Source of the DNA: the human T2T-CHM13v2.0 reference genome, Homo sapiens
Assembly: GCF_009914755.1 (NCBI RefSeq)
Contig: NC_060927.1
Length of the DNA stretch: 64,000 nt
Strand: one strand, 5' to 3'
The position numbers and the translations under genes were made by a program. Every line of letters begins with the position of its first letter. The first letter of the stretch is position 1. Positions 51,270 through 64,000 of this stretch are shown one piece after another. Below the pieces are notes generated by a model, which did not search any database, had not been told where the DNA came from, and worked only from the letters and a program-made list of their open reading frames with translations.

Positions 51270-52670
51270 TAAGCTATGTATTATTTTACTACTTATGTTG
51301 TTTAATTTAGTTTTTAAATTTTTAATATACTCACACATATAAAATGCAATTAATAAAGGATTTGTAGGGGAAAAAAAACCCTCACCATTCCCAATTTGCA
51401 GTCCTGCAACCTAAAGGAAATCTATTTAATTATTTTAATTATTTATTATTTATATCTGATGATTATATTCACATTTCTAAATTATGTTTTATCACTTTTT
51501 ATTTATTCTTGATTTTTACACTAGTAACTCACATTATTATTATAGTAAGTATTTAGTTCACACTGCCTAATATAGCATTATTATTTAAATAATAAACATT
51601 TACCTTTATATATTGTCCATCACGTGGGCATGTTCTGAAGCCTTTCTCTATGAAATGAGAAAATATCTTTCCCCAGCTCTCCTTCTTCTACCTCCAAAAG
51701 TCTTACTTTCACTTTGTTAAAATAAATGCGAAGCCATTTAATTCTTCTGCATCCATTATTAAATCTGCCAATGGATTGATTTTAAAAGTGAAACATCTGT
51801 AAGCAGTGTTTGTATTATATAATTTAATATTATTTACCAATTGGTACACTGGGTTGTACTCTCCCTGGAATTACTTATTGCCAGTCTTTTATCTGTCCCA
51901 TAACTTGCATTTGTTTTCCTCACTTTTTTCAGTTTTTAAAATTATTTATACATCAAGTTCTCTTTTTCCTGGACACGTCTCTCTTAGATATCTCTTTCCA
52001 GAATTTTCCTTTGGCCTACTTTAACCTGGCTAATCACACTCAAGATCAGCTGCACTCATTTCTGTCACTACCATTTTGGACTCAGTGCTTCTTCTTTCTT
52101 GGTTTATGCCATCATCTGCCACCAGCAGATCTTTGAGTAATATTCTGTGTGGGTTTTTGGAGATACTTCCTGAGTTCTTGAATACTTTTTCTGCCCTCAG
52201 GGTTCATAGTTTCAGTATAGAATTCAAAGTTGAAAATACATCTAAGAATTCTGAAGACATGTCTTGTTGTATTCCGTGTTCCAGAGTTGTCAATGAAATG
52301 CCAAATTCTTGTTCCTTTGAAGACATTTTTGTTTCTTCTTCCAAGTTGTTAGGATCTCAAGTATGTATTGAGAACCAGCAGGTGCCCTGGTTTATTTATT
52401 GGAATCACATCCTAGAAGAAAACATAGAAATTATAAAGATATAAGCCTGAGCCAACCTGATATCTGCGAGCATAATAAAAGTGAGAATTTCATAAATATA
52501 TGTCTTTTTACAGTCTCCTTACACAATACTTGTTGGACCTTTTAATTAGAAAACTTTTTTATCCCTCCAGTACTGGAAGATGTCCTGAGTTTTTATTAAA
52601 TACATTGCAAATTCTCTATAGGTTTTCTCTTCGTAGAAATTCTGTTAGTTATGATTAGACAGCCTGATAG
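51270..52670 (-). mobile_element. Very old L1M(E) fragments
   Basis: T-rich, with L1-like phrases (gtatagaattcaaagttgaaaa, ccagagttgtcaatgaaatgcc). Boundaries uncertain. Confidence 0.4.
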
Positions 52671-52679
52671 CATATAGAG

Positions 52680-53194
52680 CAGGGGTTCCCAACACCTGGA
52701 CTGTGGACTAGTACAAGTCTACGGCCTGTTAGGAACTGGGCCACACAGCAGGAGGTGAGCAGCAGACAGGCGACTGGAGCTTCATCCGTATTTACAGTCA
52801 CTCCCCACCAGTGGCTTTACTGTCTGAGCTCCACCTCCTGTCAGATCTCCTGCAGCATTAGATTCTCATAGGAATGGGAACCCTATTGTGATCTGCGCAT
52901 GTGACGGATCTAGGTTGCACGCTCCTTATGAGAATCTAATAACTGATGATCTGTCACTGTCTCCCATCACCCCTAGATGGGAGCAACTAGTTGCAAGAAA
53001 ACAAGCTCAGGGCTCCCACTGAGTCTGCCTGATGGTGCGTTGTATAATTATTTCACTATAAATTACAATGTAATAATAATAGAAACAAAGTGCACAAAAA
53101 AAGTACTGTGCTTGAATCATCCTGAAACCATCCCCCATCCCCATCATGCAAGGAAAAATTGTCTTTCTGGTGCCAGAAATGTTGGGGACCACTG
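52680..53194 (+). mobile_element. MER1A (hAT-Charlie) DNA transposon
   Basis: TIRs caggggttcccaac / gttggggaccactg, ~515 bp, typical body (ggcctgttaggaactggg...attagattctcatagga). Confidence 0.88.
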
Positions 53195-53389
53195 ATATTG
53201 TTAAAAGTTTCACAACACTATTTGTCAAAATAATATTCTTGGATTACATCCATCACAATCATTTTGGGTTCTTAAGTATGACATTTTCTGAGCTCTATAT
53301 CTGACTTCATGAGTAAGAATCCCTGCTGGTGGGATCCAAGGAACTGCCATTTAAATGTGCATTCTGGATAATTCTTATGTAAACTTACA

Positions 53390-53560
53390 CTGTGTGGTCA
53401 CATAGGCAAGTTACTAACTCCCCTGAGGCTATGTTTCCTAAAGAATAAAATCAAATAATAATAGTCCTTACTTTAGAGGGTTGTTACAAAGATTAAAGAG
53501 TTAATATTTGCAAAAGACTTAGAGCAGTGCCTGATATATATATAATCATAACTTAAGTGT
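53390..53560 (+). mobile_element. MIR
   Basis: ggcaagttactaactccc-tgag...gttgttacaaagattaaa-gagttaata...aaagacttagagcagtgcctg. Confidence 0.7.
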
Positions 53561-55626
53561 TACATTTGTCACAATATAGTAAAAACCCCAAATCACATCA
53601 ACATGTAGGTAGATATTTCATTAGATTTTCTATTCTCAGCAATTACCTTCATATACACACAATCACAAAAAGATACATAAGCAGACACAGATTGACTAAC
53701 ATGGAAAATGAGTCTCTTCTTTTGATTTTAAGTGTATGTGGCCAAACTTCTTCAAAGCTCATTTAAATATTTCTCTTTTAATACTTTAATTTAACTTGAT
53801 GTTCAAGGAGCATATGCAATGTTTACCTTTCTGTAGTCTGTATACAAGAAGTGTGGAGTTACCAACAGTCCTCTTATAATCTATTACACAGTGGCCTCTC
53901 TAGCCCCATCCTGTGTCACTTGCCCACTCTTGGCCAGGCAGGCCTACTGAACTACCTGCAAAACTCACCTGTACCACATTCTTGCACCTCTGGATCATTA
54001 AACTGCCTCTATCTATAAAGTCCCTCCCTTACTAAAACTCTTCTCACTGTCACTTTAAATTCTGATCAGTTAAAAAGATCAGCCTGATTTTTGAAAACTG
54101 ATTCTTGAATTCACATCAGTTAACACCTGCCCCCTGGTGAAGATTATTTACATGGGGGTCTTCCTCTTTTGTCAATGAATCCCTAGCAGTAGGAATGCTA
54201 CCTGGTGTGTACTTTACCAATGTTTATTGAATTAATAACAATGCAAACCATACAAACATTTTAAATGCTTACTAAAAAGTGTGAGCATTTTCTTTTACTA
54301 AAATATAACATTTTAATATCAGAAATTGGGTAGAAAAATAAGAACTTCCAGGGTGACTCTTACAGAGGTACAGAAATGATGTCTGAAAAAGGAATATGAT
54401 GCACATGACTAGAAAGGTAAAGAAAGAGGTGGCTGACATATCAGAGAAATTTGGGCTGATAAACCAATAAAGCCTTAATGAATATCAACTGCACACAATC
54501 CATGGCTGCTTTCACAACCAGAATTATAACAACGTATCCCATTGCCTTGATTAAAATATACAAGTTATTTAAAACTAAAATAGCTTAATTATTTAGTAAA
54601 GGCATAATAAATTAAATAATACCCATCCTCACATGATAGATACTAGACAAGCTTGTGTCTCAGTGTGCACATTTCTGTTGTCTTAATTAGACAGTATATG
54701 ATTTATCAGGAAGCATGTTCAGTGTTACGAATAGCACCTGATCTACTGTGCATTTCATCTGCCATTTGTCCATTATCTTTTGGTGATAGCACAATATCTA
54801 CCTATGATACCTGCATGCTAGTAATTTATTTTTAATATCTTTCAGCTGGTTTGGCTGGAACTTAAAAATAGATAATAACAGCATTGAGTCTTACAACAAT
54901 ATAATTTCTCCCTCTTTATTAGACACAAAATGACTACCTTCTGTGACATAGAAAAATAGTGAAAAGAATTTTCTAAGAGACTTAAACATATTAGGAAAAG
55001 TCATTCAGCAAATCATTACATTGTGAGTGCTAAATCTGTCAGCTAATTGTTTAATGAATGAGTAACTTATTATTTCATCCTTCTAAGCAGAGTATCATTT
55101 TAATCCTTTTTTTCAAGTAAATAAAATATTAAGTAGCATTAATTTTCTTAAAAACTGAAATTAATGACTTTTAACTCTCCTAGGTCTTTTAACCATTTTG
55201 GTAGTTTTTCTAATACTGTCTATAATGGCTAGGGCTAATCAGAAAGAAAAAGTAGTAAAATAAGTAGACATTGTTAGGTTCAGCTATTAACTATGTTTGT
55301 AAGTGAAGCCAGGGTGTAATATTTGGGGATTATTTTGTGTGTATTGTGAATAAAAGTGAAACATATTTAATCAGAAGTGTATGTATTGATCTGCTAGGTA
55401 TAGGAGCATGATAGTAGGCTCTCTGCATCGTTTTACCTATGTCCTTGAAACAAAATGTGACTGTGGCCAAATGCAATGACAGCTTGAGGATTTTGCTGCT
55501 GCCAACATCTGAGATTGACACTACTTCAGAGGATGGGTCCAGTTTTGAACAGTGGTAGATCTTTGGTAAGAGAAATGGCAAATAAATTGATTTGTCCAAT
55601 CCTTTCTCTCAGTAGGATGGAAAAGT

Positions 55627-55643
55627 CTTTCTTTCTTTCTTTT

Positions 55644-55699
<56 letters not shown>

Positions 55700-55788
55700 T
55701 TCTTTCTTTCTTTCTTTCTTTGTTTTCTTTCTTTTTCTTTCTTTCTTTTCTTTCTTCTTCTTTCTTCTTTCTTTCTCTTTCTTTTTTT
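55627..55788. repeat. (CTTT)n compound microsatellite derived from the L1 poly-A tail
   Basis: Read directly from the sequence; abuts the L1 3' end. Confidence 0.95.
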
Positions 55789-58700
55789 ATTATACTTGAA
55801 GTTCTGGGACACATGTGCAAAACATGCAGGTTTGTTACGTGTACATGTGTATACGTGTGCCATGGTGGATTTGCTGCACGCATCAACCCATCATCTACAT
55901 TAGGTATTTCTCCTAATGCTGTCCCTCCCCTAGTCCCCCACTCCCGACAGGCCCCAGTGTGTGATGTTCCTTTCCCTGTGCCCATATGTTCTCATCGTTC
56001 AACTCCCACTTATGAGTGGGAACATGAGGTGTTCGGTTTTCTGTTCCTGTGTTAGTTTGCTGAGAATGCTGGTTTCCAGCTTCATCCATGTCCCTTCAAA
56101 GGGTGTGAACTCATTCTTTTTTATGGCTGCACAGTATTCCATGATGTATATGTGCCACATTTTCTTTATCCAGTCTAACACTGATGGGCATTTGGGTTGA
56201 CTCCAAATCTTTGCTATTGTGAATAGTGCCACAATAAACATATGTGTGCATGTGTCTTTATAGCAGCATGATTTATAATTCTTTGGGTATATACCCAGTA
56301 ATGGGATTGCTGGGTCAAATGGTATTTCTAGTTCTAGATCCTTGAGGAGTCGCCACACTGTCTTCCACAACGGTTGAACTAATTTACACTCCCGCTAACA
56401 GTGTAAAAGCATTCCTATTTCTCCACATCCTCTCCAGCATCTGCTGTTTCCTGACTTTTTAATGATCGCCATTCTAACTGGCGTGAGATGGTATCTCATT
56501 GTGTTTTTGATTTGCATTTCTCTAATGATCAGTGATGATGAGCTTATTTTCATACGTTTGTTAGCCGCATAAAAGTCTTCTTTTGAAAAGCATCTGTTCA
56601 TATCCTTTGCCCACTTTTTGATGGGGTTGTTTTTTCTTGTAAATTTGGTTAAGTTCCTTGTAGATTCTGGATATTAGCCCTTTGTCAAATGGATAGATTG
56701 CAAAAATTTTATCCCATTCTGTAGGATGCCTGTTCACTCTGATGATAGTTTCTTTTGCTGTGTGGAAGCTCTTTAGTTTAATTAGATCCCATTTGTCAAT
56801 TTTGGCTTTTGTTGCAATTGCTTTTGGTACTTTAGTCATGAAGTCTCTGCCCATGCCTATGTCCTGAATGGCATTGCCTACATTTTCTTCTAGGGTTTTT
56901 ATGGTTTTAGGTCTTACGTTTAAATCTTTAAACCATCTTGAGTTAATTTTTGTACAAGGTGTAAGGAAGGGGTCCAGTTTCAGTTTTTTGCATATGGCTA
57001 GCCAGTTTTCCCAACACCCTTTATTAAATAGGGAATCCTTTCCCTACTGCTTGTTTTTGTCAGGTTCATCACAGATCAGGTGGTTGTAGATGTGTGGTGT
57101 TATTTCTGAGGGCTCTGTTCTGTTCCATTGCTCTATATATCTGTTTTGGTATCAGTACCATACTGTTTTGGTTACTGTAGCCTTGCATGGTTTGAAGTCA
57201 GGTAGCGTGATGCCTCCAGCTTTGTTCTTTTTACTTATGATTGTGTTCAATATGTGAGCTCTTTTTTGGTTCCATATGAAATTTATAATAGTTTTTTTTT
57301 CTAATTTGGGGAAGAAAGTCAGTGGTAGCTTGATGGGGATGGCATTGAATCTATAAATTACTTTGGGGAGTATGGCCATTTTCACAATATTGATTCTTCC
57401 TATCCATGAGCATGGAATGTTTTTCCATTTGTTTGTGTCCTCTCTTTTTCCTTGAGCAGCAGTTTGTAGTTATCCTTGAATAGGTCCTTCACATCCCTTG
57501 TAAGTTGTATTCCTAGGTATTTCATTCTCTTTGTAGCAATTGTGAATGGGAGTTTGCTTATCATTTGGCTCTCTATTATTGGTGTATAGAAATGCTTGTG
57601 ATTTTTCACATTGATTTTGTATTCTGAGACTTTGCTGAAGTTGCTCATCAGCTTAAGGAGTTTTTGAGCTAAGAGGATGGGGTTTTTTACATACACAATC
57701 ATGTCATCTGCAAACAGAGACATTTTGACTTCCTCTCTTCCTATTTGAATACACTTTATTTCTTTCTCTTGCCTGATTGCCCTGGCCAGAATTTCCAATA
57801 CTATGATGAACAGGAGTGGTGAGAGAGGGCATCCTTGTCTTTTGCCCGTTTTCAAAGGGAATGGTTCCAGTTTTTGCCCATTCAGTATTATATTGCCTGT
57901 GGGTTTGTCATAAATAGCTCTTATTATTTTGAAATATGTTCCATCAATACCTAGTTTATAGAGTGTTTTTAGCATAAAGCAGTGTTGAATTTTATCAAAG
58001 GTCCTTTCTGCCTCTATTGAGATAATCACGTGGTTTTTGTCATTGGTTCTGTTTATGTGATGGATTACGTTTATTGATTTGTGTATGTTGAACCAGACTT
58101 GCATCCCAGGAATGAAGCCCACTTGATCATGGTGGATAAGTTTTTTAAAGTTCTGCTGGATTCGGTTTCCCAGTATTTTCTTGAGGATTTTTGCATCGAT
58201 GTTCATCAGGGATATTGGCCTGAAATTTTCTTTTTTTCCTCTGTCTCTGCCAGGTTTTGGTATCAGGATGATGCTGGCCTCATAAAATGAGATAGAGAGG
58301 ATTCTCTCTTTTTCTATTGTTTGGAATAGTTTCAGAAGGAATGATACCAGCTGCTCTTTGTACCTCTGGTAGAATTCAGTTGTGAATCTATCTGATCCTG
58401 GGCTGTTTTTAGTTGGTAGTCTATTAATTACTGCCTCAATTTCATAACCTGTTATTGGTCTATTCAGGGATTGGCCTTTTCCTGGTTTAGTCTTGGGAGA
58501 GTGTATGTGTACATAATTTATCCATTTTTTCTAGATTTTCTAGTTTATTTGCATATAAGTGTTTGTAATATTCTCTGATGGTAGTGTGTATTTCTGTGGG
58601 ATCAGTGGTGATCTCCCCTTTATCATTTTTTATTGTCTATTTAATTCTTCTCTCTTTTCTTCTTTAGTAATCTGGCTAGCAGTCTATCTATTTTGTTAAT

Positions 58701-61700
58701 GGTTTCAAAAAACCAGCTCCTGGATTCATTGATTTTTTGAAGTGTTTCTTGTGTCTCTATCTCCTTCAGTTCTGCTCTGATCTTAGTTATTTCTTGTTTT
58801 CTAACAGCTTTTGAATTTGTTTGCTCTTTCTTCTGTAGTTTAAGTGTGATGTTACAGTGTCGATTTTTAGATCTTTCCCCCTTTCTCCTGTGGGCATTCA
58901 GTGTTATAAATTTCCCTCTAAACACTGCTTTAGCTGTGTCCCAGAAATTCTGGTGTGTTGTGTTTTTGTTCTCATTGGTTTCAAAGAACTTATTTATTTC
59001 TGCCTTAATTTCATTATTTACCCAGTAGTCTTTCAGGAGGAAGTTGTTCAGTTTCCACGTAGTTGTGCGGTTTTGAGTGAGTTTCTTAATCCTGAGTTCT
59101 AATTTGATTGCACTGTGGTCTAAGAGACTATTTGTTTTGATTTCCATTCTTTTGCATCTGCTGAGGAGTGTTTTACTTTCAATTATGTGGTTGATTTTAG
59201 ACTAAGTGCTATGTGGTGCTGAGAAGAAAGTATATTCTGTTATTTTGGGGTGGAGATTTCCGTAGATGTCTATTAGGTCTGCTTGGTACAGAACTGAGTC
59301 TGAGTACTGAATATCCTTGTTAATTTTCTGTCTCATTGACCTGTCTAATATTGACAGTGGGGTGTTAAAGTCTCCCACAATTATTGTGTGGGAGTCTAAG
59401 TCTCTTTGTAGGTCTCTAAGAACTTGCTTTATGAATCTGGGTGTTCCTGTATTGGGTGCATATATATTTAGGATAGTTAGCTCTTCTTGTTGCATTGATC
59501 CCTTTACCATTATGTAATGCCATTCTTTGTCTTTTTTTTTTATTTTTGTTGGCTTAAAGTCTGTTTTATCAGAGACTACAATTGCAACTTTTTTTTTTTT
59601 TTTTGCTTTCCATTTACTTGGTGAATCTTCCTCCATCCCTTTATTTTGAGCCTATGTGTGTCTTTGCACATGAGATGGGTCTCCTGAATATAGCACACCG
59701 ACGTGTCTTGACTCTTTATCCAATTTGCCAGTCTGTACCTTTTAACTGGGGCATATAGCCTGTTTACATTTAAAGTTAATATTTTTATGTGTGAATTTGA
59801 TCCTGTCATTATGATGCTAGCTGGTTATTTTGCCCATTAGTTGATGCAATTTCTTCATAGTGTAGATGGTCATTATATTTTGGTTTGTTTTTGTCGTGGC
59901 TGGTCCCAGTTTTTCCTTTCCATATTTAGTGCTTCCTTCAGGAGCTCTTGTAAGGCAGGTCTGGTGGTGACAAAGTCCCTCAGCATTTGCTTTTCTGTAG
60001 AGGATTTTATTTCTCCTTTGCTTATGAAGCTAAGTTTGGCTGGATATGAAATTCTGGGTTGAAAATTCTTTAAGAATGGTGAATATTGGCCCCCACTCTC
60101 TTCTGGCTTGTAGGGTTTCTGCAGAGTGATCTGCTCTTAGTCTGATGGGCTTCCCTTTGTGGGTAATCTGACCTCCCTCTGTGGCTGCCCTTAACATTTT
60201 CTCCTTCATTTCAACCTTGGTGAATCTGGTGATTATGTGTCATGGGGTTGTTCTTCTCAAGGGGTATCTTTGTGATGTTCTCTGTATTTCCAGAATATGA
60301 ATGTTGGCCTGTCTGCTAGTTTGGGGAAGTTCTCCGGGATAATATCCTGAAGTGTGTTTTCCAACTTGGTTCCATTCTGCTTGTCACTTTCAGGTACACC
60401 AATCAAATGTAGGTTTGGTCTTTTCACATAGTCCCATGTTTCATGGAGGCTTTGTTCATTCCTTTTCATTCTTTTTTCTCTAATTTCGTCTTCATGCTTT
60501 ATTTCATTAAGTCGATCTTCAATCTCTGATATCCTTTCTTCTGCTTGATCGATGCAGCTGTTGATAGTTGCATATGCTTCACAAAGTTCTTGTGCTGTGT
60601 TTTTCAGTTCCATCGGGTCATTTATGTTCTTCTCTAAACTGGTTATTCTAGTTAGCAATTCCTCTAACCTTTTATCCAGGTTCTTAGCTTCCTTGCATTG
60701 GGTTAGAACATGCTCCTTAAGCTCAGAGGAGTTTGTTATTACCCACCTTCTGAAGCTTTCTTCTGCCAATTCGTCAAACTCATTCTCAGTCCAGTTTTGT
60801 TCCCTTGCTGGTGAGGAGTTGTGTTCCTTTGGAGGAGAAGTTGTACTCTGGTTTACGGAATTTTCAGCCTTTTGCACTGGTTTTTCCTCATCTTCGTAGA
60901 TTTATCTACCTTTGGGCTTTGCTGTTAGTGACCTTCGGCTGGAGTTTTTGTATAGTCATCCTTTTTGTTGATGTTTTTGCTATTGCTTTTTGTTTGTTAG
61001 TTTTCCTTCTAACAGTCAGGCCCGTCTTTTGCATGTCTGCTGGAGTTTGCTGGGTGTCCACTCCAGATCCTGTTTGCTTGGGTATCACCAGCAGAGGCTG
61101 CAGAACAGCAAAGATTGCTGCCTGCTCCTTCCTCTGGAAGCTTCATCCCAGAGGGGCACCCGCCAGGTGCCAGGTGGAGCTTCCCTGTATGAGGTGTCTG
61201 TCAACCCCTGCAGGGAGGTGTCTCCCAGTCAGGAGGCATGGGGGTCAGGGACCTACTTGAAGAGACAGTCTGTGCCTTAGCAGAGCCTGATTGCTGTGCT
61301 TGGAGATCTGCTCCTCTCTTCAGAGCTGGCAGGCAGGAACATTTAAGTCGGCTGAAGCTGTGCCCACAGCCACTCCTTCCCCCAGGTGTTCTGTCCCAGG
61401 GAGATGGAAGTTTTATCTATAATCCCCTGACTCGGGCTGGCTGCCTTTCTTTCAGAGATGCCCTGCCCAGAGAGGAGGAAGCTAGAGAGGCAGTCTGGCT
61501 ATAGCGGCTTTGTGGCACTGTGGTGGGCTCCTCCCAGTTCGACCTTCCTGGTGGCTTTGTTTACACTGTGAGGGGAAAACTGTCTACTGAAGCCTCAGTA
61601 ATGGTGGATGCCCCTCCACACACCAAGCTCGAGTGTCCCAGGTCAACTTCAGACTGCTGTGCTGACCTCGAGAATTGCATGCCAAGGGAACTTAGCTTGC

Positions 61701-62230
61701 TGGGCTCCATGGAGGTGGCATCTGCTGAGCAAGACCACTCGGCCCCCTGGCTTCAGCCACCTTTCAGGCAGGTGAACGGTTCTGTCTTGCTGATGTTCCA
61801 GACACCACTGGGGTACAGGAAAAAAAAAAAAAAAAAAAAACCTCCTGCAGCTAGCTCAGTGTCTGCCCAAAAGGCCGCCCACTTTTGTGCTTAAAACCCA
61901 GGACCCTTGTGGTATAGGCACCCAAAGGAATCTCCTGGTCTGTGGGTTGTGAGGACTGTGGGGAAAAGTATAGTATCTAGGCTGGATAGCACTGTCCCTC
62001 AAGGCTTCCCTTGGCTGGGGGAGGGAGTTCCCCAACCCCTTGCACTGCCTGGGTGAGGCGACACCCCACCATGCTTCTGCTTGCCCTCCATGGGCTGCAC
62101 CCAATATCTAACCATCCCAATGAGATGAACTGGGTACCTCAGTTGGAAATGCAGAAATCACCTGCCTTCTGCATTGGTTTTGCTGGGAGCTGCAGACCAG
62201 AGCTCTTCCTATTCGGCCATCTTCTGGACT
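55789..62230 (-). mobile_element. Full-length L1PA7-like LINE-1 with disrupted ORF1 (~60891-59873) and ORF2 (59809-55999)
   Basis: 5' end aagatggccgaatagga; ~1.3-kb 5' UTR; ORF1 (WDYVKRPNL); ORF2 ([35 protein letters not shown]); PA7-type 3' UTR ggagaaatacctaatgtagatga-gggttga. Confidence 0.95.
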
Positions 62231-63499
62231 CAAGGAAATGTGTTCTTTCTTAGCAAAGTACTGTTTGCCTATATTGCCGACTAGGCATTATTTGTTTCTC
62301 TTCATCTTCTAACTTGTAGTTTTGGAGATTTTCAAGGTTTAGCATGGTATTCACAAGTGATGCACATGGGAAATAAAAAACAATTTTACAGTGTTATTTA
62401 AATCTTGAAACTTTGATTGCTTATAAATATGTCTAAATATAATATATAAGAATCATGTTCTTTATATTTCCTTATGGAACTAGATATCACTTCAAGAGAT
62501 GATTAAGATTATAAGTGATAGTAATTTATGTAAATAAATTCAACAATTTTACAATATTTTTCTGTGATAATAATAATTTATCTTACAAATTTCCCTTACA
62601 ATGTTTCAACTTGGTTTATTTGAAGTCTGAGTGTTGTTTTAAGAGATTTTTGACAGTTACTTTCTAATCATTCAAGAGAGAAATTTTGATAAGAAATCAA
62701 TTTTAGGAAGTTATCTTGAAATTATGATGATTCAAGGAAGGTCTTGACTAGCATTAAGGTCAATTGGTATTAATGTTAATATAACCCGATTGTGAGAAAA
62801 CCATGATTGTTACAATGTATTTGGTGGATTTGCTGAATTAAAAGCAAGAAAAATAATTTTAAGTAATAGAAATATAATTAGTAATTACATGTTTCTATTT
62901 TACTATGTATTCAAACATTGTTGTTTACCCATAGAATACCAAGATATGTGCAATAATTAAATTCTCTTACCTTTGATATTTTGCAAACTTTCATTAATAT
63001 AAAAACCATAATTTTACATTATTTGATATTTTTGGTAAGGTCGTGTTTGTTGAAGTAGGGTGGTAGATCATATATGATGTAATATTACTAGCTTGACTTA
63101 TAATATTTAGTTAGACCCATAATAAGTGAGCCCCAATTTGTACTCTTCACAACTGCTACAAAAATTAGGAGCAAACTGGTCTTACATTTAACTAATTGCT
63201 CACTTTCTATACCTCACTCAATCTACTTGCCCCTCCTCCCCCATGTTCTCTATCATAGAAAATCACACTGCTAATAATCTATTTGCTCTATCCTGGTTCT
63301 TTAATATTGAGGACCTCATCTAGTCTGAGACTCTTCAAAATTATTGTACCCTTCGATTAGAAAAAGCCGTACTAGTCATTCTTAATTGCTAATTCCAAAT
63401 CACTTTGAGTTATACTTTTTACAAAGACCATCCCTACTTCATTCAATTTATTCACTTCTTTTGCAGCATGCTATTATTTTATTTTTGCAACAAATATTT

Positions 63500-63655
63500 A
63501 ATTACTATTTTGATATTTGTCTTCTCTACAAGACTGTAAGCTTCTAAAGTAAGGTATGATATCTAAAATATTCATCACAGTTTTCTGTACACAGTGCAAT
63601 GTCTACTTTATGATATGTATGTGTGTATTAAATTGAATTAAATTGATTTGAATGA
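63500..63655 (+). mobile_element. L2 3'-end fragment
   Basis: agactgtaagcttct...ttcatcacag...acagtgc...tgaattaaattgatttgaatgaa. Confidence 0.5.
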
Positions 63656-64000
63656 AAAGTACCTGAGAGTAGGGCCAAGAGTAGAATGATTTCTCTGGAA
63701 GTTAATTCCATGATTTCAGTAAAATATGAAAAGCTATAATGAATAATAATAAAATAAGAAATAGAAACATAATTCAAGAAAAAAATGTTGCTAAGAGGAA
63801 AACCCCAATGCTACAGTCCATATGCCTGTACCAATAAAATCAGATCTCCATTCCAGTAAATGTCATTCGAGCATCTTAGCTTTATTTTAAATTTGCAAAT
63901 GCTGTGGGACTACCTTTATGAGGAATACTTTTAAATCTGTCATTGTAACAGGTTTTCAGTAATTTAAATAATGAATGTTTGGACTCAAAATTGACTGCAT

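Noticed and set aside
55515-56055. Lys/Glu/Arg-rich and Phe/Leu/Ser-rich ORFs
   Set aside because: They are translations of the (CTTT)n tail and the L1 3' UTR.
57400-60877. L1 ORFs of 268 and 206 aa as signs of an active LINE-1
   Set aside because: Both ORF1 and ORF2 carry multiple frameshifts and stops, and the subfamily is old.

Overview
Human genomic DNA: gene-poor, AT-rich and dominated by repeats. A diagnostic AluYb8 at 44883 indicates a human source. I see no intact protein-coding gene, RNA gene or CRISPR array. The window holds two processed pseudogenes: APOO/MIC26 (~2.7-3.3 kb, +) and PSMC1/Rpt2 (~38.0-39.6 kb, -). From memory only, that pair fits APOOP2/PSMC1P6 at 3p11, which is unverified. 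It also holds a near full-length, decayed HERV-IP10-type provirus (15024-24098, -), a full THE1C element, an MLT1I-type element with internal sequence, a full-length L1PA7, several solo LTRs, many Alus and L1/L2/MIR/DNA-transposon fragments. The most unusual structure is inside the provirus. A 204-bp block (98 bp of the 5' LTR plus 106 bp of adjacent host flank, 24001-24204) is copied with zero mismatches at the inner edge of the 3' LTR (15479-15682), although the rest of the two LTRs differ by roughly 10% by manual count. The copy replaces the env tail and polypurine tract, and a ~50-bp templated-looking filler lies 30 bp away. I found no evidence of a new multi-gene biological system. Repeat subfamily names come from recalled consensus sequences and need RepeatMasker/Dfam confirmation.
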